Assembly (NCBI GenBank): GCA_951406725.2
Contig: OX597837.1
Location: 25,668,001 to 25,732,000, forward strand
Length of the DNA stretch: 64,000 bases
From: Octopus vulgaris
Taxonomy: Eukaryota
Direction of reading: 5' to 3'
In this document: positions 1 through 10,560 of the stretch, one piece after another
Layout of the letters: every line of letters starts with the position of its first letter
Numbering within the stretch: the first letter of the stretch is position 1
The notes under the pieces: generated by a model
What the model saw: the letters and a program-made list of their open reading frames with translations, nothing else
The model's database searches: none
What the model was told of the DNA's origin: nothing
Translations under genes and position numbers: made by a program

Positions 1-472
1 TATTTGATAGCATAAAAGACTCACAGCCATCCCTGAGGTGCAGGGGTGGCTGTATGGTAAGAAGTTTACTTCCCAACCACATGGACCTGGGTTCAATCCC
101 ACTGTATGACACCCTTGGAGAAGTATCTTCTACCGTAGCCCTGGCCGACTAAAGCCTTGGGATTGGATTTGGTAGACAGAAACGTAAAGGCCGTGAGCTG
201 GCAGAAACGTTAGCACACCGGGTGAAATGCTTAGTGGTATTTCAATAGGCCGCTACATTCTGAGTTCAAATTCCACTGAGGTCGACTTTGCCTTTCATCC
301 TTTTGAAGTTGATTAAATAAGTACCAGTTATGCACTGGGGTCGATATAATTGACAATCCGTTTGTCTGTCCTTGTTTGTCCCCTCTGTGTATAGCGCCTT
401 GTGGGCAGTAAAGAAATAAGAAACGTAAAGAAGCATTTTACAATACATCTAGATTGTAGAGTATGTCCAAGG

Positions 473-504
<32 letters not shown>

Positions 505-724
505 CATTAGTGAAGCTGAAGTTACATTGTTGTTATTCATATTTTCCTTGGATCTTCTTTAAAGCAAATGAACTTCTTTAAAGTGCATGACAAAAAACCC
601 AGCATCATAACATGTAGGAAAGGCACTTGATAGTGCCACATGGGGCATGAAGAAAGAGGACACTGCATGTGATCAGATCTCAGGCTAGAGAGCTCCATGG
701 TTGAGATGATAAAAAAAAAATGAA

Positions 725-1122
725 ATCAAAATCAAAATCGATCTACATCAATGGAAATTGTAGCTGTGATACTAGTGCCGGTAGCACAAGAGAACCATCC
801 GAACATGGCCGTTGCCAGTGCTGCCCCGACTGGCTTCCGTGCCGGTGGCACGTAAAAAGCACCATCCGAATGTGGCCGTTGCCAGCGCCACCCCAACTGG
901 CCTCCGTGCACGTAAAAAACACCATCCGATTGTGGCCGTTTGCCAGCCACATGTGGCACGTAAAAAGCACCCACTACACTCACGGAGTGGTTGGCATTAG
1001 GAAGGGCATCCAGCTGTAGAAACATTGCCAGATCAGACTGGGCCTGGTGCAGCCTTCTGGCTTCCCAGACCCCAGTTGAACCGTCCCAACCCATGCTAGC
1101 ATGGAAAGCGATGATGATGATG
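725..1122 (+). mobile_element. RTE-LINE 3'UTR/tail copy. Others: 2260-2439(+), 2563-3030(-), 18283-18870(-), 25612-26052(-), 26092-26310(-), 27790-28030(-), 28255-28810(+), 33001-33290(-), 35260-35459(+), 42340-42600(-), 43887-44205(-), 47631-47905(-), 51538-51845(-), 54322-54594(+), 62143-62454(+), 62863-63056(-)
   Basis: Same sequence as the 3'UTR of the RTE at 58882-60090; variable 5' truncation; (GAT)n tail. Confidence 0.88.
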
Positions 1123-1252
1123 AAGATGAGTAGCAGTAAACTGCACGACAGACCCATGTCAGTTATGTAAAAATAGACGTTAAAACAATGATGACTGTGA
1201 TGGTGATGATGGGAAAACCGATGTAGAGTGATGAGATGAAATAACATCTTAC

Positions 1253-1445
1253 CTTTTTAAGACTATTTGTAGTTTTAAATATGGTGGGAATTGCATCCTT
1301 TCTTAGCTGAGTTGTTTGACCGATTTGGTCAAAGCAGTCAGGTTCAAAGTGGTTGGAACATAACACAGATGTCTCTGAAGGCCAATAGTTTTCTCGTTTC
1401 ATTCCGAGCAGCCAACATTGCCGTTGAATGGCATCTTTGGGGAAT
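1253..1445 (-). CDS. THAP gene exon 2 (193 nt)
   Basis: FPKD...CSNHFEPDCF...AIPTIF within ORF 1163..1582; AG/GT boundaries in phase with exon 1. Confidence 0.93.
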
Positions 1446-4400
1446 CTGTAAGTGCCAAAAGAAGATATTTTGTTACAAACATGAATAAGTGTATAGCGAT
1501 TCTTTATTGCAATAATAAATCTCTGAACGAGATGTAAACAGTAACTGCACGACAATGTAAGGTATACTAGCCATCTAAACATGGCTAACCACTAAGGGTG
1601 GGTGTTACTGTAGCTTGTAGCCCCAGGAGATCATCGTCTCCAGCTGGCTTTAGGCACACTTTCTGTGCCCTTATGAGGCACACTTTCTGTGCCCTTATGA
1701 TATTTGCAAAGGGAGGTCATCCCTCCCTCGTCAACCTAGGTGACACGCACGGACTGCAATTTCTAGGTATTTGCCTGTCTTCAATGTACGGCAGTCACCA
1801 GTTGTCGATGAAGGGAGTCCCAATGCAAATCTTTATATGGTTTTTCCAGTAACTTTTCGTCACTGATCTTGAAAAACTGCATACAGTTTTTCGATATAAA
1901 GATTTGCATTGGGACTCCCTTCATCGACAACCAGTGACTGCCGTATGCTGAAGACAGGCAAACACCTAGAAACTGCAGTCTGTGCGTGTCACCTAGGTTG
2001 ATGAGGGAGGGATGACCTCCCTTTGCAAATATCATAAGTGCACAGAAAGTGTGCCTAAAGCCAGCTGGAGACGATGATCTCTTGGGGCTACAAGCTAAAG
2101 TAACACCCACCCTTACTGGTTAGCCATATTGAGATGGCTAGTATACCTTACATAGATTCTTTATTGATTTTATTTTAATATTTTAGTACAAAAAAAAAAT
2201 AGGAACACTACCTGTGCTGTGCTATGTAATCACACCTGTGCTAATGTTGCATAAATGTACTCGTGCTAGTGGCACATAAAAAGCACCCAGCACACTCTGT
2301 TAAGTGGTTGGCATTAGGAAGGCCATCCAACCATGCCACAACAGACAGTTGGAATCCAGACAGTTCCCTGCTAGTCAGCACCATGTCTAACTGTCCAACT
2401 CATACCAGCATGGAAAGTGAACATTAAACGATGATGATGTATGTGTGTGTGTGTGTGTATCTTCGTGTCTGTGTTTGTCTATGAACACAACAACCGCTTA
2501 ACAACTAGTGCTGGTGTGTTTACATCCTTGTAACTTATCGTTCACAGAATTGTTCCATTAAATCATCATCATCATCGTTTAACGTCCGCTTTCTATGCTA
2601 GCATAGGTTGAACGGTTCAACTGGGGTCTGGGAAGCCCGAAGGCTGCACCAGGCCCTGTCTGATCTGGCAGTGTTTCTACCGCTGGATGCCCTTCCAAAT
2701 GCCAACCACTCCATGAGTGTAGTGGGTGCTTTTTACGTGCCACCGACACAGGTGCCAGGCGAGGCTGGCGAACGGCCACGATCGGATGGTGTTTGTTACG
2801 TGCCACCGGCACGGAGACCAGTCAGGGCGGGGCTGGCAATGGCCACGCTCAGATGGTGCTTTTTACGTGCCATCGGCACGGAGGCCAGGCGAGGCTGGCA
2901 ATGGCCACGATCGGATGGTGTTTGTTACGTGCCACCGGCACGGAGGCCAGTCAGAGCGGCGCTGGCTACGGCCACATTCGGATGGTTCTCTTACGTGCCA
3001 CCAGCACTGGTATCACAACTACAAATTCCACTAAATGGTATAAGAGTTTATTTACTCAACAGGGACAAATAAGGGTACTACTTGAGAACAGTGGTCCCCG
3101 GTGCGTGCACTCGTGTAGTCGCGCATCTGCGCTAGCTAGACATGACTAGTCAATCCTTACTTTGTGTTTTTGTGTTATTTTGTTTAAAAAATGATTTACT
3201 TTACTCTTTTACTAGTTTCAGTCATTTGACTGCGGCCATGCTGGAGCACCGCCTTTAGTCAAGCAAATCGACCCCGGGACTTATTCTTTTGTAAGCCCAG
3301 TACTTATCCTATCGGTCTCTTTTGCCGAACCGCTAAGTAACGGGGACATAAACACACCAGCATCGGTTGTCAAGCAATGCTAGGGGGACAAACACAGACA
3401 CACAACCACACACACACGCATATATATACATACATATATACAACGGGCTTCTTTCAGTTTCCATCTACCAAATCCACTCACAAGGCTTTGGTCGGCCTGA
3501 GGCTAAAGTAGAAGACACTTGCCCAAGGTGCCACGCAGTGGGACTGAACCCGGAACCATGTGGTTGGTAAACAAGCTACTTACCACACAGCCACTCCTGT
3601 TTAACAAAAATAATTTGTTTTGAGGAAAAAAAAATTATCTATTTTGTGTTTTATTTACTTTGCTAGGTAGTCATTGTAGGATCGACTAGCCACGACTGGC
3701 TAGCGCGGATGCGCGACTACGCAAGTGCGCGCACCGGGACCACTGTTCTCAAGTAGTACCCAAATAAGATCTCAGTAATGCTGTCTAATAATAACAGATA
3801 AACAGCTGTGCATTTGTTAAGTTACAGACGTGTGGCTTCATCTCTTTGTGTCATCTACTGCTACTACAATGGCCCCTACTCTTCTGAACAAAACTTGCTG
3901 TATTATCTTCTTTTTTTGTGCCTTCATTAACATATGCAACAAATAAAAGGGGGCCAAGAACAGATCCCTGTGGTACACCACATGTCATCTCATAGGGCGA
4001 AGAGTGCTGTCCTAGAACTGTGACAACCTTTTTTCGGCCGAAAATAAAGGACTTCAACCAGTTATAGAGTTCGTCTCTTACGCTCAACGCAGAGAGCTTC
4101 ACCATAAGTCTTTTGTGTGGCACAGAGTTAAAAGCCTTAGCAAAGTCCAAGTAAACAACATCCACCCAGGATCCATGATCAGTGATTTGGGTAACGTCCT
4201 CAAGAAACTCGATGAGTTGATTACAGCAGCTGGAGTTAGGAATAAATCCAAATTGTGACAGCTGGATGAGGCTGTGAGACTTCCAGAAGTTCCAGAGGGT
4301 TTCCCTGATACAGGATTCCATCAGTTTGGCGATGCAGCTAGTAAGACTAACGGGGCAATAGTTGACAGGCGATGTGCGGTCACCTTTTTTGAACAGAGGG

Positions 4401-6235
4401 ATAACACTGGCAGTTTTCCACTGCTCTGGAGTAACACCATTGTCACCGCACTAAACGCTTTGCCCATTCCTCTAACTCTCTGAAATTCTATCAAAATCCA
4501 TATAATCCTCTATACTCTTTTACTCTTTTACTTGTTTCAGTCATTTGACTGCGGCCATGCTGGAGCACCGCCTTTAGTCGAGCAAATTGACCCCGGGACT
4601 TATTCTTTATAAGCCCAGTACTTATTCTATCGGTCTCTTTTGCCGAACCGCTAAGTGACGGGGACGTAAACACACCAGCATCGGCTGTCAAGCAATGCTA
4701 GGGGGACAAACACAGACACACAAACACATACATATATATGACAGGCTTCTTTCAGTTTCCGTCTACCAAATCCACTCACAAGGCATTGGTCGGCCCGGGG
4801 CTATAGCAGAAGACACTTGCCCAAGATGCCACGCAGTGGGACTGAACCCGGAACCATGTGGTTGGTTGACAAGCTACTTACCACACAGCCACTCCTGCGC
4901 CATAAGGTTTTTACTTTTTTTTTTCTGGAATTTTCCGAAAATTTTTGCGAATTTGTGTTCTACATTCAGGAATTCATACACTTGTGCAAAAAAATCCAAA
5001 AAAACTGTGATTTAAGGACGATTTAGCTGTTGTTTTTAGCACATCCCATGACCCCCTGATACCGTCCTCGTTTATTTGCCACCCTGACATATCTTTCTCA
5101 ATATTTTTCTCCTCATAAACACATTTAATGGAATGATGACGCATCCAAGGGTGGTCCCCTGCTGGAATTTATGCAAAAAAAAAATCCGATAAAGAGTGGA
5201 ACTTTTAGGATTTATAAAGTGGTGGGTAGGGTTTTAAAAGAATGAAAAAAAAATTTTCCATAATCGTATGAATTCCCGTTCGCAAAAATCTTATGGAAAT
5301 TCAAAAAAATATAAAAGTTATGAGGAGTTAGATGGAGATGCTTAAACCAGAATTCTGTCCATATTTCTTCCGTAATACATTGACAGCTGTTCCAGTTGAA
5401 AAATCGGATGTTTTCGGTTTGAACGGCAGTTTTTTCTAGCGGTGTCATATGAAATTGTCACCCATAATTACGACCCTAGTATCGATCTATTGCATTTCAA
5501 TCTATTTTAGGGTTATGGTTAGAGGGAAGGGTATCCTTTTTTTTCTTCACAAATGTAAATAAACCCAATCTGTTTCTTAAACGAGGGACATATTCATACG
5601 GCACAGAATGTTGTTGTTTTTTTACTTCAATAGACGTCATTGATTGGTTGAAATTGCAGAAATTGAAGAAAAAAAACCAACAAATATGTTACAAACTATA
5701 GAATTTTCTCAATAAAGCCAAGAGAAAATGATGTTTTATTTTGACACATTCTACCAGTATACGAAGTTTAAAAGTGTTTAGTTACGTGGAAATTATTTCA
5801 AAAAAACTGCCGTTCAAACCGAAAATATCCGAAAAATCAACCATAGCAATCCTAATATTATAAAGGGACCCCTACAAAAAGGATTTTAAGGGCATTGCCG
5901 TTACATTATTGCTTACATTAAATTATTAAAAATAAAAATAAAATAAATAAATAAAACCACGTGTTAGGAAATGAATGAAAAATATTTTTTACTACTTTTC
6001 ATCGAAAATATTCCTTAAAAAAAAAAAAATGTTTAAAACGTTAAATACAATATTTGTAAAAAGAAATAATCCGGCTGCAAATAATTCAAATAATTATTAA
6101 TTTATCAAATAATTTTTTTTTATTTACGGGGATTTTTTGTCAAGTATAATAATAGATTTATACTCACAAATGAAAGGTTTTGCCGCTACCTTCTGACGTT
6201 ACACTCTTGCAATTCAATGCTGCACACTGGGACAT
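1253..6235 (-). CDS. THAP-domain (C2CH zinc finger) protein, 5' part: join(6168-6235,1253-1445); 3' exons not located in the window
   Basis: Spliced product MSQCAALNCKSVTSEGSGKTFHLFPKDAIQRQCWLLGMKRENYWPSETSVLCSNHFEPDCFDQIGQTTQLRKDAIPTIFKTTNSLKK has C-x4-C, FHxFP, W, CSxHF and AIPTIF (AVPTIF box). Splice sites TT|GTGAGT, ttacag|A and AAG|GTAAGA. Confidence 0.92.
1555..2153. mobile_element. Foldback / long-TIR MITE (~260-280 bp inverted arms, 55-bp spacer)
   Basis: 1555-1838 is the near-perfect reverse complement of 1894-2153; the left arm has a 24-bp tandem duplication (1652-1699). Confidence 0.9.
3074..3760. mobile_element. Merlin-like MITE with a SINE inserted centrally
   Basis: ~85-bp TIRs starting GGTAC (fits the Merlin GGNRM terminus); perfect 8-bp TSD CAAATAAG at 3066-3073 and 3761-3768. 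Confidence 0.75.
3926..4490 (-). mobile_element. CR1-clade LINE reverse transcriptase fragment
   Basis: QFGF...SCCNQL...VDVVYLDFAKAFNSVPH...GVPQGSVLGPLLFVAYVN; breaks before YADD. Confidence 0.9.
5406..5830. mobile_element. ~420-bp MITE, TIR GGATCTTTTCGGTTTGAACGGCAGTTTT, 8-bp TSD, internal TTAGGG-like motifs (copy 1 of 4)
   Basis: TSD GAAAAATC on both sides. Confidence 0.88.
6168..6235 (-). CDS. THAP gene exon 1 coding part (68 nt)
   Basis: ATG at 6235, MSQCAALNCKS...TFH, phase-2 GTGAGT donor. Confidence 0.9.
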
Positions 6236-6340
6236 AATTATTGCATCCAGACGTAAATATTTACTCGTAAATTAATTATTTACACAAGAAATAAACAAAT
6301 AAAACGGAAATAGCAGTGGAATGGGAGGGGGGGGGTATCG

Positions 6341-6545
6341 AACCGGAAGTAGTTTTTCCAAATATTACCGATAGTTTATAGGAATTTAGCGATACAAATA
6401 GCATAAACCATTCCCTGCGAAAACATCCCAAAAACTTTTTTGAAATTCTATAGCCAGAAATACGCTTTATATTTAATTCTGATGAATTTTATAAGAAATA
6501 ACAATAACAGAAAATATTTGGTTTTATAGAGAGCTACTTCCGGTT
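6341..6545. promoter_or_regulatory. THAP promoter region with two inverted ETS-type sites (AACCGGAAGTAG 6341-6352, CTACTTCCGGTT 6534-6545)
   Basis: Perfect CCGGAAGT cores ~105 and ~300 bp upstream of the ATG, in repeat-free, CpG-retaining sequence. Confidence 0.6.
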
Positions 6546-6791
6546 TATTCCATTGGAAGAGTTTACTTTAAAATAGAGGGAGTGACAGAGTATCTACTGA
6601 TAAAGATGTTTTAAATTGTTTGGTTAATGATAGTGAAGGAGTTGATGTCGATTGAATCATTTTGAATTATTTGTTTTAAGTTATTATTTAAATATAATAT
6701 GATAGATGCCCGAAAATAATTAAACGGAATGGTAAAATTTTCGCCTTCACTTTAAACTTTACTCGTGCACCTTTTAACGTATTTAGATGTG

Positions 6792-7205
6792 GGATCTTTT
6801 CGGTTCGGCAGTTTTTTTCTAGCGGTGTCATATGAAATTACCACCCGTAATTATGACCCTCGTATCGATCTATTGCATTTCAATCTGTTTTAGGGATAGG
6901 GTTAGAGTTAGGGGTGGGGGGAAGGGTATCTTTTTTCCTTCACAAATGTAAATAAACCCAATGTGTTTCTTAAACGAGGGACATATTCATACGGCACAGA
7001 ATGTTTTCACCTCAATAGACGTCATTGATTGGTTGAAACTGCAGAAATTGAAGAAAAACAACAACGAATATCTTACAAACTATAGAATTTTCTCAATAAA
7101 GCCAATAGAAAAATATGTTTTATAAACATATTCTACCAGTATACGAAGTTTGAAAGTGTTCAGATACGTGGAAATTATGTTAAAAAACTGCCGTTCAAAC
7201 CGAAA
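6792..7205. mobile_element. Same ~420-bp MITE, copy 2 (right TIR clipped)
   Basis: Colinear with 5406-5830. Confidence 0.85.
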
Positions 7206-7383
7206 CAAATTAAGGTTCAAAACAGTGTCTAACAATCCTCCAACATTCTGAGTGAAGCCTTTTTCTTTTAAAAAAAACTCACAAGTTTCTTTCAGAAGTT
7301 TCTCTGAAACAAACTATTAAAGTTAGTGCCATTCCATGTTTGAATATATATAATGTCATACAGACTGGTAGTTTACACTGAAA

Positions 7384-7554
7384 GGCGCAGGAGTGGCTGT
7401 GTGGTAAGTAGCTTGTTAACCAACCACATGGTTCCGGGTTCAGTCCCACTGCGTGGCATCTTGGGCAAGTGTCTTCTACTATAGCCCCGGGCCGACCAAA
7501 GCCTTGTGAGTGGATTTGGTAGACGGAAACTGAAAGAAGCCTGTCGTATATATG

Positions 7555-7587
<33 letters not shown>

Positions 7588-7794
7588 TTGTGCATCTGTG
7601 TTTGTCCCCCTAGCATTGCTTGACAACCGATGCTGGTGTGTTTACGTCCCCGTCACTTAGCGGTTCGGCAAAAGAGACCGATAGAATAAGTACTGGGCTT
7701 ACAATGAATAAGTCCCGGGGTCGAGTTGCTCGATTAAAGGCGGTGCTCCAGCATGGCTGCAGTCCAAATGACTGAAACAAGTAAAAGAGTAAAG
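7384..7794 (+). mobile_element. tRNA-derived SINE family A (~400 bp, CORE-like TTGGGCAAGT motif, internal (TA)n(TG)n, (TAAAAGAG)-like tail). Other copies: 36-190 partial, 3197-3599(-), 4514-4901(-), 21671-22071(+), 27135-27534(-), 44526-44933(+), 46896-47271(-), 49991-50413(+), 54715-55116(+), 58197-58580(+), 63118-63478(-)
   Basis: A box TGGCTGTGTGG and B box GGTTCAGTCCC in the head; at least 11 closely similar copies; resembles octopus OR-type CORE-SINEs (from memory). Confidence 0.9.
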
Positions 7795-9916
7795 CTTGGA
7801 AGGAGAATTTCAAAAATGTTATTTTCTTTTCCATTTGATTTTACTAAACACCAAATATTTGTTCTGTAAACTGTTGAGGTGTTGAATGTGTCGTCGTATT
7901 CTTCATCAGTTGCTGAATAGAGAAAGAAGATGCCTGAAAGCCAATACAATTTCATTAATTGTTAAAACACCTGGCAGGAATTTTTGATGTGGCTAGAGTT
8001 CTTTAAACCATTCACTTCATCTTTAGAGATTAAAGATTTTTTTTACCAATATTTACATTTCAAGTTGTCATTCCTTGAGGTTAGCATTGTAACCTTAGTT
8101 TAGAAATAAAGATTCCTGGTTCAAATCCAGTTTGGGATTATGCTCACATGCTTTACCACCTATTTCTTTACTACCCACAAGGGGCTAAACACAGAGAGGA
8201 CAGACAAACGGACTAAGTCGATTACATTGACTCCAGTGCGTAACTGGTACTTAATTTATCGACCCCGAAAGGATGAAAGGCAAAGTCGACCTCGGCGGAA
8301 TTTGAACTCAGAACGTAAAGACAGATGAAATACCGCTAAGCATTTCACCCGACGTTCTAACGTTTCTGCCAGCCTGCCGCCTTTACCACCTGTCATCACC
8401 TTATTTTGATATTCATTTTCATATCTCTTTTGCTCCCAACATTTCTTCTCCTTGAATTCATCCATACTTTGTTCTCTTTTGCTCCCAACATTTCTTCTAC
8501 CTAATCTTTTTCTTCAATCCATCCATACTTTCAGTTATTAACTACCAAATCAGGCAAACAACAATTCCTAAAGTGACCCCTTCTCTTTTATACTATAACA
8601 CAATACTTCCATCTCAAGTTCAAATAGTAGTGATGTTCAAGCTGCACCTTGCTGTACTCCTTCATTTCAACCTCATTACTGTTCTTTGTTCTGATGGCTA
8701 GACATTCTCTCACACATTAGCACATACATTGGACCTCACAGAGGCTATTACAAAAGACCGAGACCTCTGGAGATATGCTGTGACTTCGAAGACCTGAAGT
8801 GAGTTCATGGCTCACAGGATGGCCTGCTGTGCTTGAGGAGACCTATTGTGTCAAGTACATCAAGATCAAAATAAAAATCAAATGGATATTGTAGTTGTGA
8901 TACCCATGCCGGTGGCACGTTGGGCCTCACAGAGGAAATGACGAAGACCGAGACCTCTGAGATATGCTGTGACTGTGAAGACCCGACAAATGAAGTGAGT
9001 TCATGGCTTGCAGGATGGCCTGCTGCACTGACCTTGGATCGAAGAGTGACCTGCTGTGCTTGAGGAGATCAATTGAGTCAAGTACATCAGCACCAACATC
9101 AAAATAAAAATCAAATGGAAATTGTAGTTACGATACCCGTGGATAATCTTGTCTCTACCAAGTCAGTTGTAACATAGATCCAAATATCTAATTATTTTCC
9201 TTGTTTCCTCAACACTCTTCCTAAAGCTTTCATTTTATGTTCCAATAACATAACTGTTCAATTTGAACCACAGTCCTAGAGATTACGTTTTCTCTTGTAT
9301 AGAGGAATGAAAGCATCCAATTCTCAATCCACTGAAATGCTCTCTTCTTCCACCAACTTACAGATCTCTGATAGAGTCTTCCTCCTCTTCACCCCACCCA
9401 ACTTTCTGCTACCTTCACCATATTTCTTTATTGCCCATAGGGGGCTAAACATAGAGGGGACAGACAAGGGGATTAAGTCGATTATATTGACCCCAGTGAT
9501 TTACTGGTACTTATTTAATCGACCCTGAAAGGATGAAAGACAAAGTCGACCTCGACGGAATTTGAACTCACAACGTAATGGCAGACGAAATACCGCTAAG
9601 CATTTTGCCTGGCGTGCTAACGTTTCTGCCAGCTCGCCGCCTCACTATATTTCCCAACAAATCCATTTCTCTCTCCTACTTTTCCCATCCTCATTATTCT
9701 TATTGCTTCTTCAATTACCTCCTCTATCAGTGCTAAAACTGGATCCCCCTTGATGTTACCATTGTATTTATTCTCTAGTGACACTCAAAAGGCATCCACT
9801 ACACTCTTAGGAGTAGTTGGCATTAGGAAGGGCATCCAGCTGTAGAAACCATACCAAATCAGATTGGAACTTGGTGCAGCTCTCCAGCTTACCAGTTCCA
9901 GTCAAACTACCTAATC

Positions 9917-10560
9917 TTGGTGGATTCTTCCTTTTCGCCTTCGGCCCAGTGCATCCATGCTGCCAACAAAGCAAGCAGAGTTCTGTTTTTAATTCGACGG
10001 TCATTCGGAATGCTCACAGCAGCCATATTCCTACCGCTCTATGTCATGCTGGTGAGACCCATTTTGGAGTACGGGATTCAAGCCTCTTCTCCTTATCTCC
10101 TCAAAGACATACATCATCTCGAAAGAGTCCAGAAGCTGGCTACCTGCATGGTTCTTGGTCTCAAGCATTTGTCTTATGAAGAAAGGCTGAAGACGCTTGA
10201 CCTTTATCCTCTAGAAAAACGACGACACCGTGGTGATCTCATTCTTGCTCACATCATAAGCGGAAAGTGTAACCTCTCGAAAGAGCTGTTCTTCACTCCT
10301 GCTCCAGAGTGTAGGCTGCGGGGTCACTCCAAAAAGCTCTATTTGTGACGATTTCATCTCAATCGAAGGAGAGGGGCTTTCTCCGTCCGGGTTGCGGATC
10401 CGTGGAATAAGCTGCCGGACGAGATAGTGAAGATGCCGACGACCGCTCGGTTCAAAGTCTCTCTTGACCAGAAATGGCCTGAATACCCCTGTACATAACT
10501 CCATGTCCCCCTACATAGCCTTGCTTTTTGCTTTTTGAGCCAAAAAATTAACTTAACTTA
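9917..10560 (+). mobile_element. CR1-clade LINE 3' end
   Basis: ANKASRVL...LYVMLVRPILEY...LERVQKLAT...LSYEERLKTLDLYPLEKRRHRGDLI...LRGHSKKL; short (AACTT)n tail. Confidence 0.9.

Noticed and set aside
480-720. Possible THAP exon 3
   Set aside because: Only weak acceptors, and the frames stop quickly or run into an (ATA)n repeat
2720-3010. CRISPR-like regularly spaced repeats (also 36158-36307, 12532-12973)
   Set aside because: Spacers are homologous to each other, the context is eukaryotic, and there are no cas genes
2608-3072. Recurrent 'MDGSTGVWEARRLHQAQSDLA...' ORFs suggesting a multigene family
   Set aside because: Antisense reading of the RTE 3'UTR; frames and lengths vary between copies
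3367-3570. Recurrent 'MSSNARGTNT...CPRCHAVGLNPEPCGW' ORFs
   Set aside because: Antisense translation of SINE family A
7734-7955. 73-aa minus-strand ORF in unique-looking sequence
   Set aside because: No recognisable motif, runs into a SINE, no convincing splice sites
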